From positions 2,080,001 through 2,144,000 of the forward strand of contig OY781089.1 of assembly GCA_963676565.1 (NCBI GenBank): 64,000 nucleotides of DNA. The letters are read 5' to 3'. Origin of the DNA: Halarcobacter sp. (lineage in GTDB: Bacteria; Campylobacterota; Campylobacteria; Campylobacterales; Arcobacteraceae). Below the pieces are notes generated by a model, which ran no database searches, was not told the origin of the DNA, and worked only from the letters and a program-made list of their open reading frames with translations. Of the stretch, positions 1 to 8,190 are shown piece after piece. How positions within the stretch are numbered: the first letter of the stretch is position 1; each line of letters opens with the position of its first letter. Both the position numbers and the translations under genes were made by a program.

Positions 1-1
1 T

Positions 2-499
2 CCAAGACCAATTGCATGGATTGTAACAGAAGATGAAGGTGTTATAAATGCAGCTCCTTTTTCATATTTTGTACCATTATCAAGTAATCCTGCTGTTGTT
101 ATTGTTTCTATTGGTGTAAAAGAAGAGGGCGTTCCAAAGGATTCTTTACATAATATTTTGAAAAATAAAAAAGCTACTATTTGTTTTGTAAATAAAGACA
201 ATACAGAGCAAGTTAAACTTTGTGCAAATATGCTTGATAAAGAAGAGAGTGAAATTGAAAAATTTGAGATTGATGTTCAAAAACCTTTAGATGATTTTCC
301 TCCAATGATAAGCTCAACTCAAACTGCTTTATTTTGTGAATTTTATCAAAAAGTAGATATCCCAGGTAAAACAACGCCAGTTATATTAGAAGTAAAAAAA
401 CAATACATTGAAGATGGAAGATTAGATGAAAGATCTCATGTTCATGTTGAAAATGTAGGTAGAAGTGGTGCTTTCTTTAAAGCAATGGTAGACTTATAA
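2..499 (+). CDS. Flavin reductase-like (DIM6/NTAB family) protein, 5'-truncated by window edge
   Basis: Frame is open from base 2 (PRPIAWIVTEDEGVINAAPFSYF...KDSLHNIL), in frame with the 158..499 ORF. PRPIAW / NAAPFSYF is the typical N-terminal motif of this family. Confidence 0.85.
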   Translation, partial: PRPIAWIVTEDEGVINAAPFSYFVPLSSNPAVVIVSIGVKEEGVPKDSLHNILKNKKATICFVNKDNTEQVKLCANMLDKEESEIEKFEIDVQKPLDDFPPMISSTQTALFCEFYQKVDIPGKTTPVILEVKKQYIEDGRLDERSHVHVENVGRSGAFFKAMVDL

Positions 500-525
500 A
501 ACTAAGAGTTAAACTCTTAGTTTTA
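497..525. terminator. Bidirectional intrinsic terminator-like hairpin
   Basis: Perfect inverted repeat TAAAACTAAGAGTT-A-AACTCTTAGTTTTA between convergent stop codons. Confidence 0.75.
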
Positions 526-2781
526 TTAAAATTTATTTTCAGATACTTTTTTAACAACATTTTGTGCAATGTTATTAGTTTTTATTGCAATTGTATTTGT
601 TACTTCAGCAATAGCTGCATTTTCTTGTGTAAATTTATCTAATTGACCAACAGCATCAGCTATTTGATTCATTCCTACACTTTGTTCTTTTGCTGCATTT
701 GCAACATCACTTATAAGATTACTTGTATCATGAATTTTTGATTCCAATTCATTAAAACCTTCAATCATCTTATTACTAATACTTTTTCCATTGTCAGCTT
801 TAGTTGTTGCATTTTCAACTAAATCTTTAATCTCTTTTGCTGCTTCTGCACTTCTTGCTGCAAGATTTCTTACTTCTTGGGCTACAACTGCAAACCCTTT
901 TCCTGCTTCTCCTGCTGTTGCTGCTTCAACTGCTGCATTTAATGATAAAATATTTGTTTGGAAGGCAATTTGGTCAATTACTGAAATCGCTTCATTGATA
1001 TTTAGAACTGTTGTATTAATATCTTCCATCGCATTTACAGTGTTTGTTGCTAAGTTTTTACCTTCCGTAGCAGAACTTCTTGTCTCGTTTGATATTATAA
1101 GCATCTCTTGAGCTTTTTGACTTGTACTATTAATGTTACTTGTGATTTCATCAATTGATGCAGCCGTTTCTTCTAAAGATGCAGCTTGAGAAGTTGCATT
1201 ATTAGATAAAGTATTAACATTTGATGTTAATTCATTTGCATCATTTTGAAGTTCTATACCATCATTATGACTTGTTTTAAGCATCTCAATAATCATCTCA
1301 TTCATATTTGATATTTCATTTCCAATTTTACCTGAAGAAGCTTTATCTAGTTTTGCTGTAAAGTCTCTTTTTGAATAGCTTTCTAATACCATGCTTATAG
1401 TATTTAAATCTTTTCCTAAAATTGATTGAAGATTATCTAGCATTTGATTAAGTAAATCTCTTAATTCATTTAATGAATCTGTAGATGTTGTTTTATTGAT
1501 TCGTTTACTTAAATAACCTTGGCTCACATCATTTGCTATAGTTTTCACCTCTTCAATAATCATATTATCTTCAATTATTGAAGTTTTTATTTTGTCTATA
1601 TTTTCATTAATATTTTTAGCCATTAGTCCAAATTCATCATTTGAAGATATATTTATGGTGTCAACATCAGATGATTGTTTATTTAAAAATTTGAAAAATG
1701 ATTCCATTCCACTTGAAATAAAAGAAAGATTAGATTTTAATACTGTTATTGAAAGATAAACTACTATAGCTATAATTATTATTCCAATTAATGAGAAAAT
1801 AATTGAAATATTTCTAATGAAGTTTGCATCTGCTAAATATTCATTTTTTGGGGCATTCACAAAAATTGACCAATTAGTTTCTTCTGCACCTACTTTAAAA
1901 GGTTTAACAACATATTGTGAATCAAATCCATTTCCAAAAGATTCTTTTTCAAAAGAGTATGTTTTTAATTCTTTTACATTTTTTAACGCTTTGATGTAAT
2001 CTGGGTCATTTTTAGCAACTTCTAAAAGTTTTTTGTTGATAACTTCTTTTTTTGGATGTCCTACAATAATTCCATAATTATCAACAATAAAAAAATATCC
2101 ATTTTCATATATTTTTGTTTTTTTTGTCATCTGCAAAAATTTATTTAAATCAATTTCTGCACCTACTGCACCAGCAAACTCCCCATCTTTGTATAAAGGC
2201 ATTGCAATGGTTGTCATTAGGGTATCAACTCCAGCTACAGGGTAGACATAAGGTTTTGTAATAAAAAGTTTTCCAGCATCTTTAGGACCTTTTATCCAAC
2301 CATTTTCTTCATTATAAGATGAGCCTGAATCAACAATAATACCATCTTTCCCCCTTGTGATATATGGAGAGAAACTACCATCTTTTGCATACCAGTTTTT
2401 TGGATATTTACCATCTTTTACTGTAGTTTCATATAAGATATTAGCTTCTTTTGTAGACCACCATATTCCAAGCAATTGTTCATTATCCTTTAGCATAGAT
2501 TTGAACATTTGGATTGATTCTTTTTCCTTAAGAATAGTATTATGGTTTATAGCTTCTTGAAATTTAGCCCATATTGTCTTAACTAAACTAATTGATAAGT
2601 TAACATCACCTTGAACTTTTGATGCATTATTATTTGAAACTTCATTAAGGTAAGTTTCTGCACCTTTTTGTGCTGTATCAAAAGAATACTTTCCTAAGAT
2701 AAACATAGTCAAAGCGAATACAATCGTAGTTGTACCTAGTACTCTAAGTAATAACTTATTACCAAAACTAGAATTTTTCAT
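526..2781 (-). CDS. Methyl-accepting chemotaxis protein with periplasmic dCache-type sensor
   Basis: Two TM segments; Cache-like motif (ITKPYVY...[21 protein letters not shown]); signalling hairpin [34 protein letters not shown]. Confidence 0.93.
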   Translation of the reverse strand: MKNSSFGNKLLLRVLGTTTIVFALTMFILGKYSFDTAQKGAETYLNEVSNNNASKVQGDVNLSISLVKTIWAKFQEAINHNTILKEKESIQMFKSMLKDNEQLLGIWWSTKEANILYETTVKDGKYPKNWYAKDGSFSPYITRGKDGIIVDSGSSYNEENGWIKGPKDAGKLFITKPYVYPVAGVDTLMTTIAMPLYKDGEFAGAVGAEIDLNKFLQMTKKTKIYENGYFFIVDNYGIIVGHPKKEVINKKLLEVAKNDPDYIKALKNVKELKTYSFEKESFGNGFDSQYVVKPFKVGAEETNWSIFVNAPKNEYLADANFIRNISIIFSLIGIIIIAIVVYLSITVLKSNLSFISSGMESFFKFLNKQSSDVDTINISSNDEFGLMAKNINENIDKIKTSIIEDNMIIEEVKTIANDVSQGYLSKRINKTTSTDSLNELRDLLNQMLDNLQSILGKDLNTISMVLESYSKRDFTAKLDKASSGKIGNEISNMNEMIIEMLKTSHNDGIELQNDANELTSNVNTLSNNATSQAASLEETAASIDEITSNINSTSQKAQEMLIISNETRSSATEGKNLATNTVNAMEDINTTVLNINEAISVIDQIAFQTNILSLNAAVEAATAGEAGKGFAVVAQEVRNLAARSAEAAKEIKDLVENATTKADNGKSISNKMIEGFNELESKIHDTSNLISDVANAAKEQSVGMNQIADAVGQLDKFTQENAAIAEVTNTIAIKTNNIAQNVVKKVSENKF

Positions 2782-2848
2782 ACCCTCACCTTTTATTATT
2801 TTTTTATATTATATAATAAAAAAGTACGAGAAGAGTATTATTTTTTAA

Positions 2849-4096
2849 CTAGTTATCAAAATTCTCATCTTGTCTTGGATCCATTTCAGGTAATTCAGCC
2901 CCTGATGCAACAGGCATATTTACAAAGACACTCATATCTTTTGCTGGGACTTTATCTTTAGTAAGAGCATAAATACTTAAAAATAAACCTAAAACTGCAA
3001 AACTAAAAAATAAAAAATTAGGTTTAAAATAACTAATACCAAAACCTATAAGTAATGGTGAAATAAATGAACCAATCCCATATGTAAAAAGAAGTGTTCT
3101 ACTAATCTCAATCACGTCCTTATTTTCATCAACAACGTCATTTGCCCTTGCAACTGATAATGGATACATCGAAAATATTGTTAATCCCAATAAAAAACCT
3201 AGGATATATAAATATTCATTAATATCGGAAAATATAATAAACAAAATAGAGGTTATTGCAGTTAAAAAAGCAGTAATTGATATAAGTTTTCTTCTTCCAT
3301 ATTTATCTGATAGTAAACCTATTGGCCATTGAGCTAATAATCCCCCAATTAAACCTATAATCATAAAATTAGAAACTATTTCAAGGGAATCACTTTTTAA
3401 TAAAATATAAACTGGAATCATAGCAAAAAATCCACCAACAAAATATCCACTAATAAAACTTGATACGGTTGCAAGTGGTACCACTGAATAAATTTTGGGG
3501 AAACTATATCTTTCAAAGGGTTTTAATACTGGCTCTTTTATTTTTGTTAAAGATATAAATATAACTGAAAATAGAACTAAAACAGAACCAATTGCAAATA
3601 TAAATTGTTTAAAATGTTCATCAATATTTAAAAACAATTGTCCAATTGCTGTTGAAAGATAAAAGATGATTGTATAAATTGCCAAAATTTTACTTCTGTC
3701 CTCTTCGCTACTTTTTTCATTTAGCCAGCTTTCAAGTATTATCAATAGTGCATAAAAAGAAAATCCAGAGATTACTCTAAGAATTGTCCATAAAATAACA
3801 TCAAAAAACAAAGAGTGTATTAAGAATGTTATTACCATAAGTGAAGTAAAAGCAGAAAAACTTCTTATATGTCCAACTGTTGAGATAATTTTTTGACTAA
3901 ATATTGAAGATAAAACTGCACCTAAAAAGAAAGAACCGTTAATTAGTCCAATAAGGGAACTACTTATACCCATCTCTTTTAAATATACACCTATAAACGT
4001 AAGTATCATCCCATAACCAATTGCTAAAAAAGCAATTGCAAAAAACATAGAAGAGATAGGAAAAACAATTTTTTTTAAACTCATATTGTGACTCAT
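2849..4096 (-). CDS. MFS transporter (YcaD-like)
   Basis: About 12 hydrophobic segments; VGHIRSF, ESWLN and GLLSDKYGRR motifs. Confidence 0.85.
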   Translation of the reverse strand: MSHNMSLKKIVFPISSMFFAIAFLAIGYGMILTFIGVYLKEMGISSSLIGLINGSFFLGAVLSSIFSQKIISTVGHIRSFSAFTSLMVITFLIHSLFFDVILWTILRVISGFSFYALLIILESWLNEKSSEEDRSKILAIYTIIFYLSTAIGQLFLNIDEHFKQFIFAIGSVLVLFSVIFISLTKIKEPVLKPFERYSFPKIYSVVPLATVSSFISGYFVGGFFAMIPVYILLKSDSLEIVSNFMIIGLIGGLLAQWPIGLLSDKYGRRKLISITAFLTAITSILFIIFSDINEYLYILGFLLGLTIFSMYPLSVARANDVVDENKDVIEISRTLLFTYGIGSFISPLLIGFGISYFKPNFLFFSFAVLGLFLSIYALTKDKVPAKDMSVFVNMPVASGAELPEMDPRQDENFDN

Positions 4097-4289
4097 TGTA
4101 GAAAATATTTAATTTAGTAATAAATTTTCGTATTATAAAACAATAGAGATTAAACTCCATTATGTTTATTCAACAATTCTTTTAAGTTTGAATATTTACT
4201 TATAAAAGTGTTTGTTTTCAATGGTTTTTCAAGGAATATTTTATTTCATTTTGTTATAACAATTTGAACTAATTTTAAGTTTATTAATG

Positions 4290-4295
4290 TATAAT
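4290..4295 (+). promoter_or_regulatory. Putative sigma70 -10 element of the small HTH-like gene
   Basis: TATAAT 30 nt upstream of the ATG at 4326; GAGGAG Shine-Dalgarno before the ATG. Confidence 0.55.
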
Positions 4296-4325
4296 CCTCC
4301 TCCCAAATCACTACAGAGGAGATAA

Positions 4326-4640
4326 ATGCGAATTACAATTACAGAAGCTGAGTTTGAGGCTATTCAAAAAATATTAGTTCAAAATGATACAATGTTATAT
4401 AATAGGTTTAATGAGGAGTTTAAAAAATCAATTTTATCATGTACTCCAAAAAAAATAAAAGCAACAAAAAAAGCTAATAATGTAAAAAGAAAGAGAAGTA
4501 GAACAGCAATAACTAATGCTGTTAATATGTTAAGATTTGAAAATAAAAAAATTACTATATATAATGTAGCTAAAACAGCTGAAATTAGTTATAACACGGC
4601 AAAACAATATAAAGACTTTATAATGGCTCAATCAGCTTAA
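4326..4640 (+). CDS. Small basic protein with C-terminal helix-turn-helix-like segment
   Basis: Strong SD; Lys/Arg-rich linker then ITIYNVAKTAEISYNTAKQY, an HTH-like pattern. Confidence 0.65.
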   Translation: MRITITEAEFEAIQKILVQNDTMLYNRFNEEFKKSILSCTPKKIKATKKANNVKRKRSRTAITNAVNMLRFENKKITIYNVAKTAEISYNTAKQYKDFIMAQSA

Positions 4641-4676
4641 ACTCAAATATTTTATAATATTTATTTTGATAGTTTC

Positions 4677-4946
4677 TTCAAAATGATAAAACAAAATGAA
4701 ACAAGAACACCTTTTTTTCTTATTAAAAAATTAAAATATTTTGGTGCAATTTATTTCAAAATGATATATCGTAAATAAAAAAAGAAAAAAGTCTTTATTA
4801 AAGCTATCATGGAGTAGTTTTATATATTTTTCAAAATGTTTTATCAATGTGAAAGAGTATTGTGAAGTTAAATTAATGCAAAAGAATAATGGTTTTAAGA
4901 AATTGAAAACTAATTATTTCAAAATGATAAAATATTTTATCATTTT
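4677..4946 (+). repeat. Four spaced TTCAAAATG(ATA) direct repeats ending in a 26-bp palindrome
   Basis: TTCAAAATGATA at 4677, 4755 and 4918; TTCAAAATGTTT at 4830; palindrome AAAATGATAAAATATTTTATCATTTT at 4921-4946. Confidence 0.6.
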
Positions 4947-4963
4947 AAGTAAGGCATTTAGCC

Positions 4964-5812
4964 TTACTCTACAATTTGATGTAATTTAGAACATCTACTT
5001 AGAAAAGTATCCATCCCACACATATCATTGTACATATCATCAAAAGAATGAAAGTGTGCATCATATATGTATACAAAGATTTCATCACCTTTTTCTAAAA
5101 AGTGTTTTTTACCAAATTCTGCGTAAGCTGTTGCCCCAGCGGCAATTAATAAGCCCTTTGCATCTTTTGCATTTTTTGTAAATTGTGTTAACTCTTCTAA
5201 TGGTCCCATATCCTCTTGGGTATTTAGTTTTTCAATCATCCAGTCTTTTAATTGTGTGAAAAAATAGCTATATGAATTAACCGCAGAAGTGGTACCATAA
5301 TCATGAACAACACCATTTCTTTTTATAAAAGAAGCAATATGATATCTATTTAATATCCCTTCTTCTGTGAAATTATCAATCTTAATTGCATCTCTTGAGA
5401 TACCCTTTGTATTCTTTCCCCAGTTTTTTTTAGTACTTAATTTATTTCCATCTTGTATTCTTATTGAAAAGTCATTAAAAGCAGAAAAGTATTTTGGAAT
5501 AATATCAACAACTTTTTCATTTTCATAAATAAAGTCACAAATTAATGCAACTTCAGCTTCAACTTGTAAATTGTCCTCTTCTCTTCCATGGGTTTTAATA
5601 GTTTCATCACATATAGGAAATGTACCTAAAAATGAATCATGCCCTGGAATATAAAAGGGGAACATACCTTTTGGAGCATCTTTTTCTTTTGTTTGTATAA
5701 CTGCAAATTCATCAGCTTCACCAGCTTCTCCTAAATGATTTGCAAAGTTTCCTGCAACACCAAACCCTAAATAATCTTTTAATTCTTCTAAATCTATATA
5801 TTTTTTTTCCAT
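4964..5812 (-). CDS. Conserved hypothetical protein (DUF5718-like)
   Basis: N-terminal GFGVAGNFANHLGEAGE and KLSTKKNWG motifs, recalled as DUF5718-type; SD AAGG upstream. Confidence 0.6.
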   Translation of the reverse strand: MEKKYIDLEELKDYLGFGVAGNFANHLGEAGEADEFAVIQTKEKDAPKGMFPFYIPGHDSFLGTFPICDETIKTHGREEDNLQVEAEVALICDFIYENEKVVDIIPKYFSAFNDFSIRIQDGNKLSTKKNWGKNTKGISRDAIKIDNFTEEGILNRYHIASFIKRNGVVHDYGTTSAVNSYSYFFTQLKDWMIEKLNTQEDMGPLEELTQFTKNAKDAKGLLIAAGATAYAEFGKKHFLEKGDEIFVYIYDAHFHSFDDMYNDMCGMDTFLSRCSKLHQIVE

Positions 5813-5911
5813 TTTATTACCTTTAATATTTTTCTTTAACAGTAAGTTTTTTTTGTATGTGATTATTTAAAATTGTGAGGTTTGTGGTTAGTTTACGTTA
5901 GATTTTTGTTT

Positions 5912-6025
5912 TTATCTTTGACGTGTACAGCGACTCTCACAATTTTTTACTTTTGCTTTCTTGACTTCGACGAGCCCAAGGGCAATAGCAAGTTTTGTTG
6001 TGACAGTGACAATTAAGTTTTTCAT
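5912..6025 (-). CDS. Unannotated 37-aa peptide MKNLIVTVTTKLAIALGLVEVKKAKVKNCESRCTRQR
   Basis: Read manually: AAAGGA SD, ATG at 6025, TAA at 5914-5912. Locally GC-richer than flanking intergenic DNA. Confidence 0.6.
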   Translation of the reverse strand: MKNLIVTVTTKLAIALGLVEVKKAKVKNCESRCTRQR

Positions 6026-6044
6026 TATCAATCCTTTTAATAAA

Positions 6045-6075
6045 TATAGATAAGAAGTTTAACTTCTTATCTATA
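6045..6075 (-). terminator. Hairpin downstream of the CitE/Mch operon
   Basis: TATAGATAAGAAGTT-T-AACTTCTTATCTATA perfect 15-bp inverted repeat about 20 nt after the stop at 6097. Confidence 0.7.
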
Positions 6076-6096
6076 ATTTAATCTTAATCTTTAAAA

Positions 6097-7080
6097 TTAA
6101 GAGAAAAATCTAGTGTTTACTTCATCCATTAATTTAGCACCAGAAAAATGTGCTCTTTGAACTAATTCCCAGAAATATCTATATGTAGCTCTATCGTGTA
6201 ATTCACCATCATATTGAATTGGTCCCCACTCAGCATCTTGTGCATTTAATAAAATATTTTGTGCAGCTTCTAATTCTGTAAAGTCTGGTTTCATAGCATC
6301 TACAATTGCTTGTACTTGTGTTGGGTAAATTGACCACATTCTCATAAATCCAAACTCATTTCTTGCTCTTTCCGCATCTTTATAAGTTTGATATGGGTTT
6401 TTAAGATCAAGTGTTACATTGTGACAAGGAATAACATGGTTTTGAATAGCCGCTTGCGCAACTTTTGCTTTAGCTGCACCAATTAGTCTATGATCAAATT
6501 GACCAGGACTTCTCATATTAGATGCAGGAATCGCCCCTTGATAACCAGAAACAAAGTCCATTAATCCAAAGTCTAAAACTTGAAGCCATGGTAAAGTTGC
6601 AATTTTTTCAACATCTTGTAATGCTCCGTGAGTTTCAATTAAGATATGAATTGGAATCTCTCTTGTAATACCAGATTTTTTAGCTACCTCTTGAATATAC
6701 TCAATTTGAGTTTTAACATCTTCATAAGAAGTTGATTTTGGTAATGTAATATATGCTAATTTTTCTCCAGCACCTGGAACTAGAATATCAACATCTTGTC
6801 TCCAATCTGGATGTGAGAAATCGTGAATTCTTGTACCAGCCATTGCATATGGGTTAGCATCAGAGTTAACAACTCTAACAATCATTTCAGCGTGTTCAAC
6901 TTCTTTTCCAGTTTCTGCTCCATCTTCGCAGTCACAAGTAATATCAAATACAGGTCCAAGTTTCTTTTGCATTTCGAAACCTTTTAAAATTAGTTTCTCG
7001 CTTCCTGCAAAGTGCTCACAAGTTGGGATAATTGGTAAAGATTTACCAGATTCAAATAGTGCTTCGTTTGGATGTGTCAT
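6097..7080 (-). CDS. CitE/HpcH-HpaI superfamily CoA-ester lyase
   Basis: DCEDGA, TRIHD, LIETHG, FGLMDF and GELHDRA motifs of the CitE/malyl-CoA lyase TIM barrel. Confidence 0.85.
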   Translation of the reverse strand: MTHPNEALFESGKSLPIIPTCEHFAGSEKLILKGFEMQKKLGPVFDITCDCEDGAETGKEVEHAEMIVRVVNSDANPYAMAGTRIHDFSHPDWRQDVDILVPGAGEKLAYITLPKSTSYEDVKTQIEYIQEVAKKSGITREIPIHILIETHGALQDVEKIATLPWLQVLDFGLMDFVSGYQGAIPASNMRSPGQFDHRLIGAAKAKVAQAAIQNHVIPCHNVTLDLKNPYQTYKDAERARNEFGFMRMWSIYPTQVQAIVDAMKPDFTELEAAQNILLNAQDAEWGPIQYDGELHDRATYRYFWELVQRAHFSGAKLMDEVNTRFFS

Positions 7081-7107
7081 AATAATTTCCTCTCTTTAAA
7101 TTTATTT

Positions 7108-8181
7108 TTATTTCTTTTTTGTTTTTTTCTTTGGAATGATTACAGTGTAATCTAAATCAAGTACTACATTTTTTAAGTACTTACCATCTTCACCTTTTGG
7201 ATTTTCAATTTCTGAACTTTTTTGATTTTTAACAGCAACTGTTCTTAATCTTAATAATCCTAAGTCATCTCTTTTGTGATCAATTACATCTAAAACCTCA
7301 GTATATGCATATATTGTATCACCAGCATATGTTGGGTTACAGTGAGCTCCACTATTAATTGCATAAACCCATTGAGCGTTTTGTAAACCATTAAATGAAA
7401 TTGCCCTTGCAATTGATATTACAATACCACCATACATCAATCTCTCTCCCATAGGAGTAGACTTCATCATATGGTCATTGAAGTGTACCTTTGCATTGTT
7501 TTGGTATAACTTTGTTGCTAAAGTATGGTCACTATCATCAATTGTAATGCCCTCAGGGTGATTAAGTCTTTCTCCAACTTCATAATCTTCGAAGAAATAC
7601 TCCCCACCGGTTGCATTAGTATCAACCATGTCAATCTCTGGGATATTGATATCTTCAACTATTGGTGTTGATTCAGCAAATGTTGGAACATCATTGATAC
7701 CAAGCATAGTTTCTTTGTCTTTTTTGTGAACCATAACCCATCTTTTGAAGTTTAACACCTCTTTATCTTGCTCGTTGTATCCAATTGAATGAACATAAAC
7801 AACTCCAGATTTTCCATTTGAATTCTCTTTTAATCCAATTACGGTTGATTCCATTCTAACTGTATCCCCAATAAATACTGGGTTAGGAAAAGAGATTTCA
7901 GCATAACCTAAATTTGCAATTGCATTTAAAGATATATCTTGAACCGATTTCCCAAATGTTAAATGGAACATTAAAATATCATCAATTGGTCTTTCGTTGT
8001 ATCCAATCTCTTGTGCTAATTCATCAGATGAATGTAAAGCAAATCTAGAACCAGTGAAGGCGATGTATAAAGATACTTCACCTTCTGTTATAGTTCTTGG
8101 AAGAGGGTGGATAATTTTTTGTCCAATTGAAAAATCTTCAAAAAAGTTACCAACATTTATTTTTGTACTAATTTTAGACAT
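7108..8181 (-). CDS. mch: Mesaconyl-CoA hydratase (beta-methylmalyl-CoA dehydratase)-like double hot-dog MaoC protein
   Basis: GNFFEDF, FGKSVQDISLNAIANLGYAE, VIGLKENSNGKSGVVYV, RWVMVHKKD and YQNNAKVHFN closely match Mch-type enzymes. Confidence 0.8.
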   Translation of the reverse strand: MSKISTKINVGNFFEDFSIGQKIIHPLPRTITEGEVSLYIAFTGSRFALHSSDELAQEIGYNERPIDDILMFHLTFGKSVQDISLNAIANLGYAEISFPNPVFIGDTVRMESTVIGLKENSNGKSGVVYVHSIGYNEQDKEVLNFKRWVMVHKKDKETMLGINDVPTFAESTPIVEDINIPEIDMVDTNATGGEYFFEDYEVGERLNHPEGITIDDSDHTLATKLYQNNAKVHFNDHMMKSTPMGERLMYGGIVISIARAISFNGLQNAQWVYAINSGAHCNPTYAGDTIYAYTEVLDVIDHKRDDLGLLRLRTVAVKNQKSSEIENPKGEDGKYLKNVVLDLDYTVIIPKKKTKKK

Positions 8182-8190
8182 TTACCTTCC

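Noticed and set aside
820..990. Strong DNA similarity to about 61320-61500
   Set aside because: Ordinary conservation of the MCP signalling hairpin between paralogs, with many synonymous differences.
791..2560. Plus-strand ORFs 791..1111, 1817..1999 and 2357..2560
   Set aside because: Antisense shadows inside the MCP gene; no SD or motifs. The same applies to the other short ORFs nested within long genes (for example 7997, 18874, 19983, 20246, 21629, 23476, 31182, 40482, 41459, 42984, 49266, 49746, 51076, 52455, 53629, 56173, 58745, 59189, 60215, 60270, 61910).
3960..4160. 66-aa minus-strand ORF overlapping the MFS start
   Set aside because: Out-of-frame overlap with a well-supported gene; no recognisable features.
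4677..4946. CRISPR array interpretation of the spaced repeats
   Set aside because: Repeats are only 9-16 bp, spacing is irregular (75-88 bp), spacers are low-complexity and no cas genes are present.
4921..4946. Fur box
   Set aside because: It has ATGATAA half-sites, but the spacing does not fit the 7-1-7 pattern and it lies between convergent gene ends; a terminator or other site is more likely.
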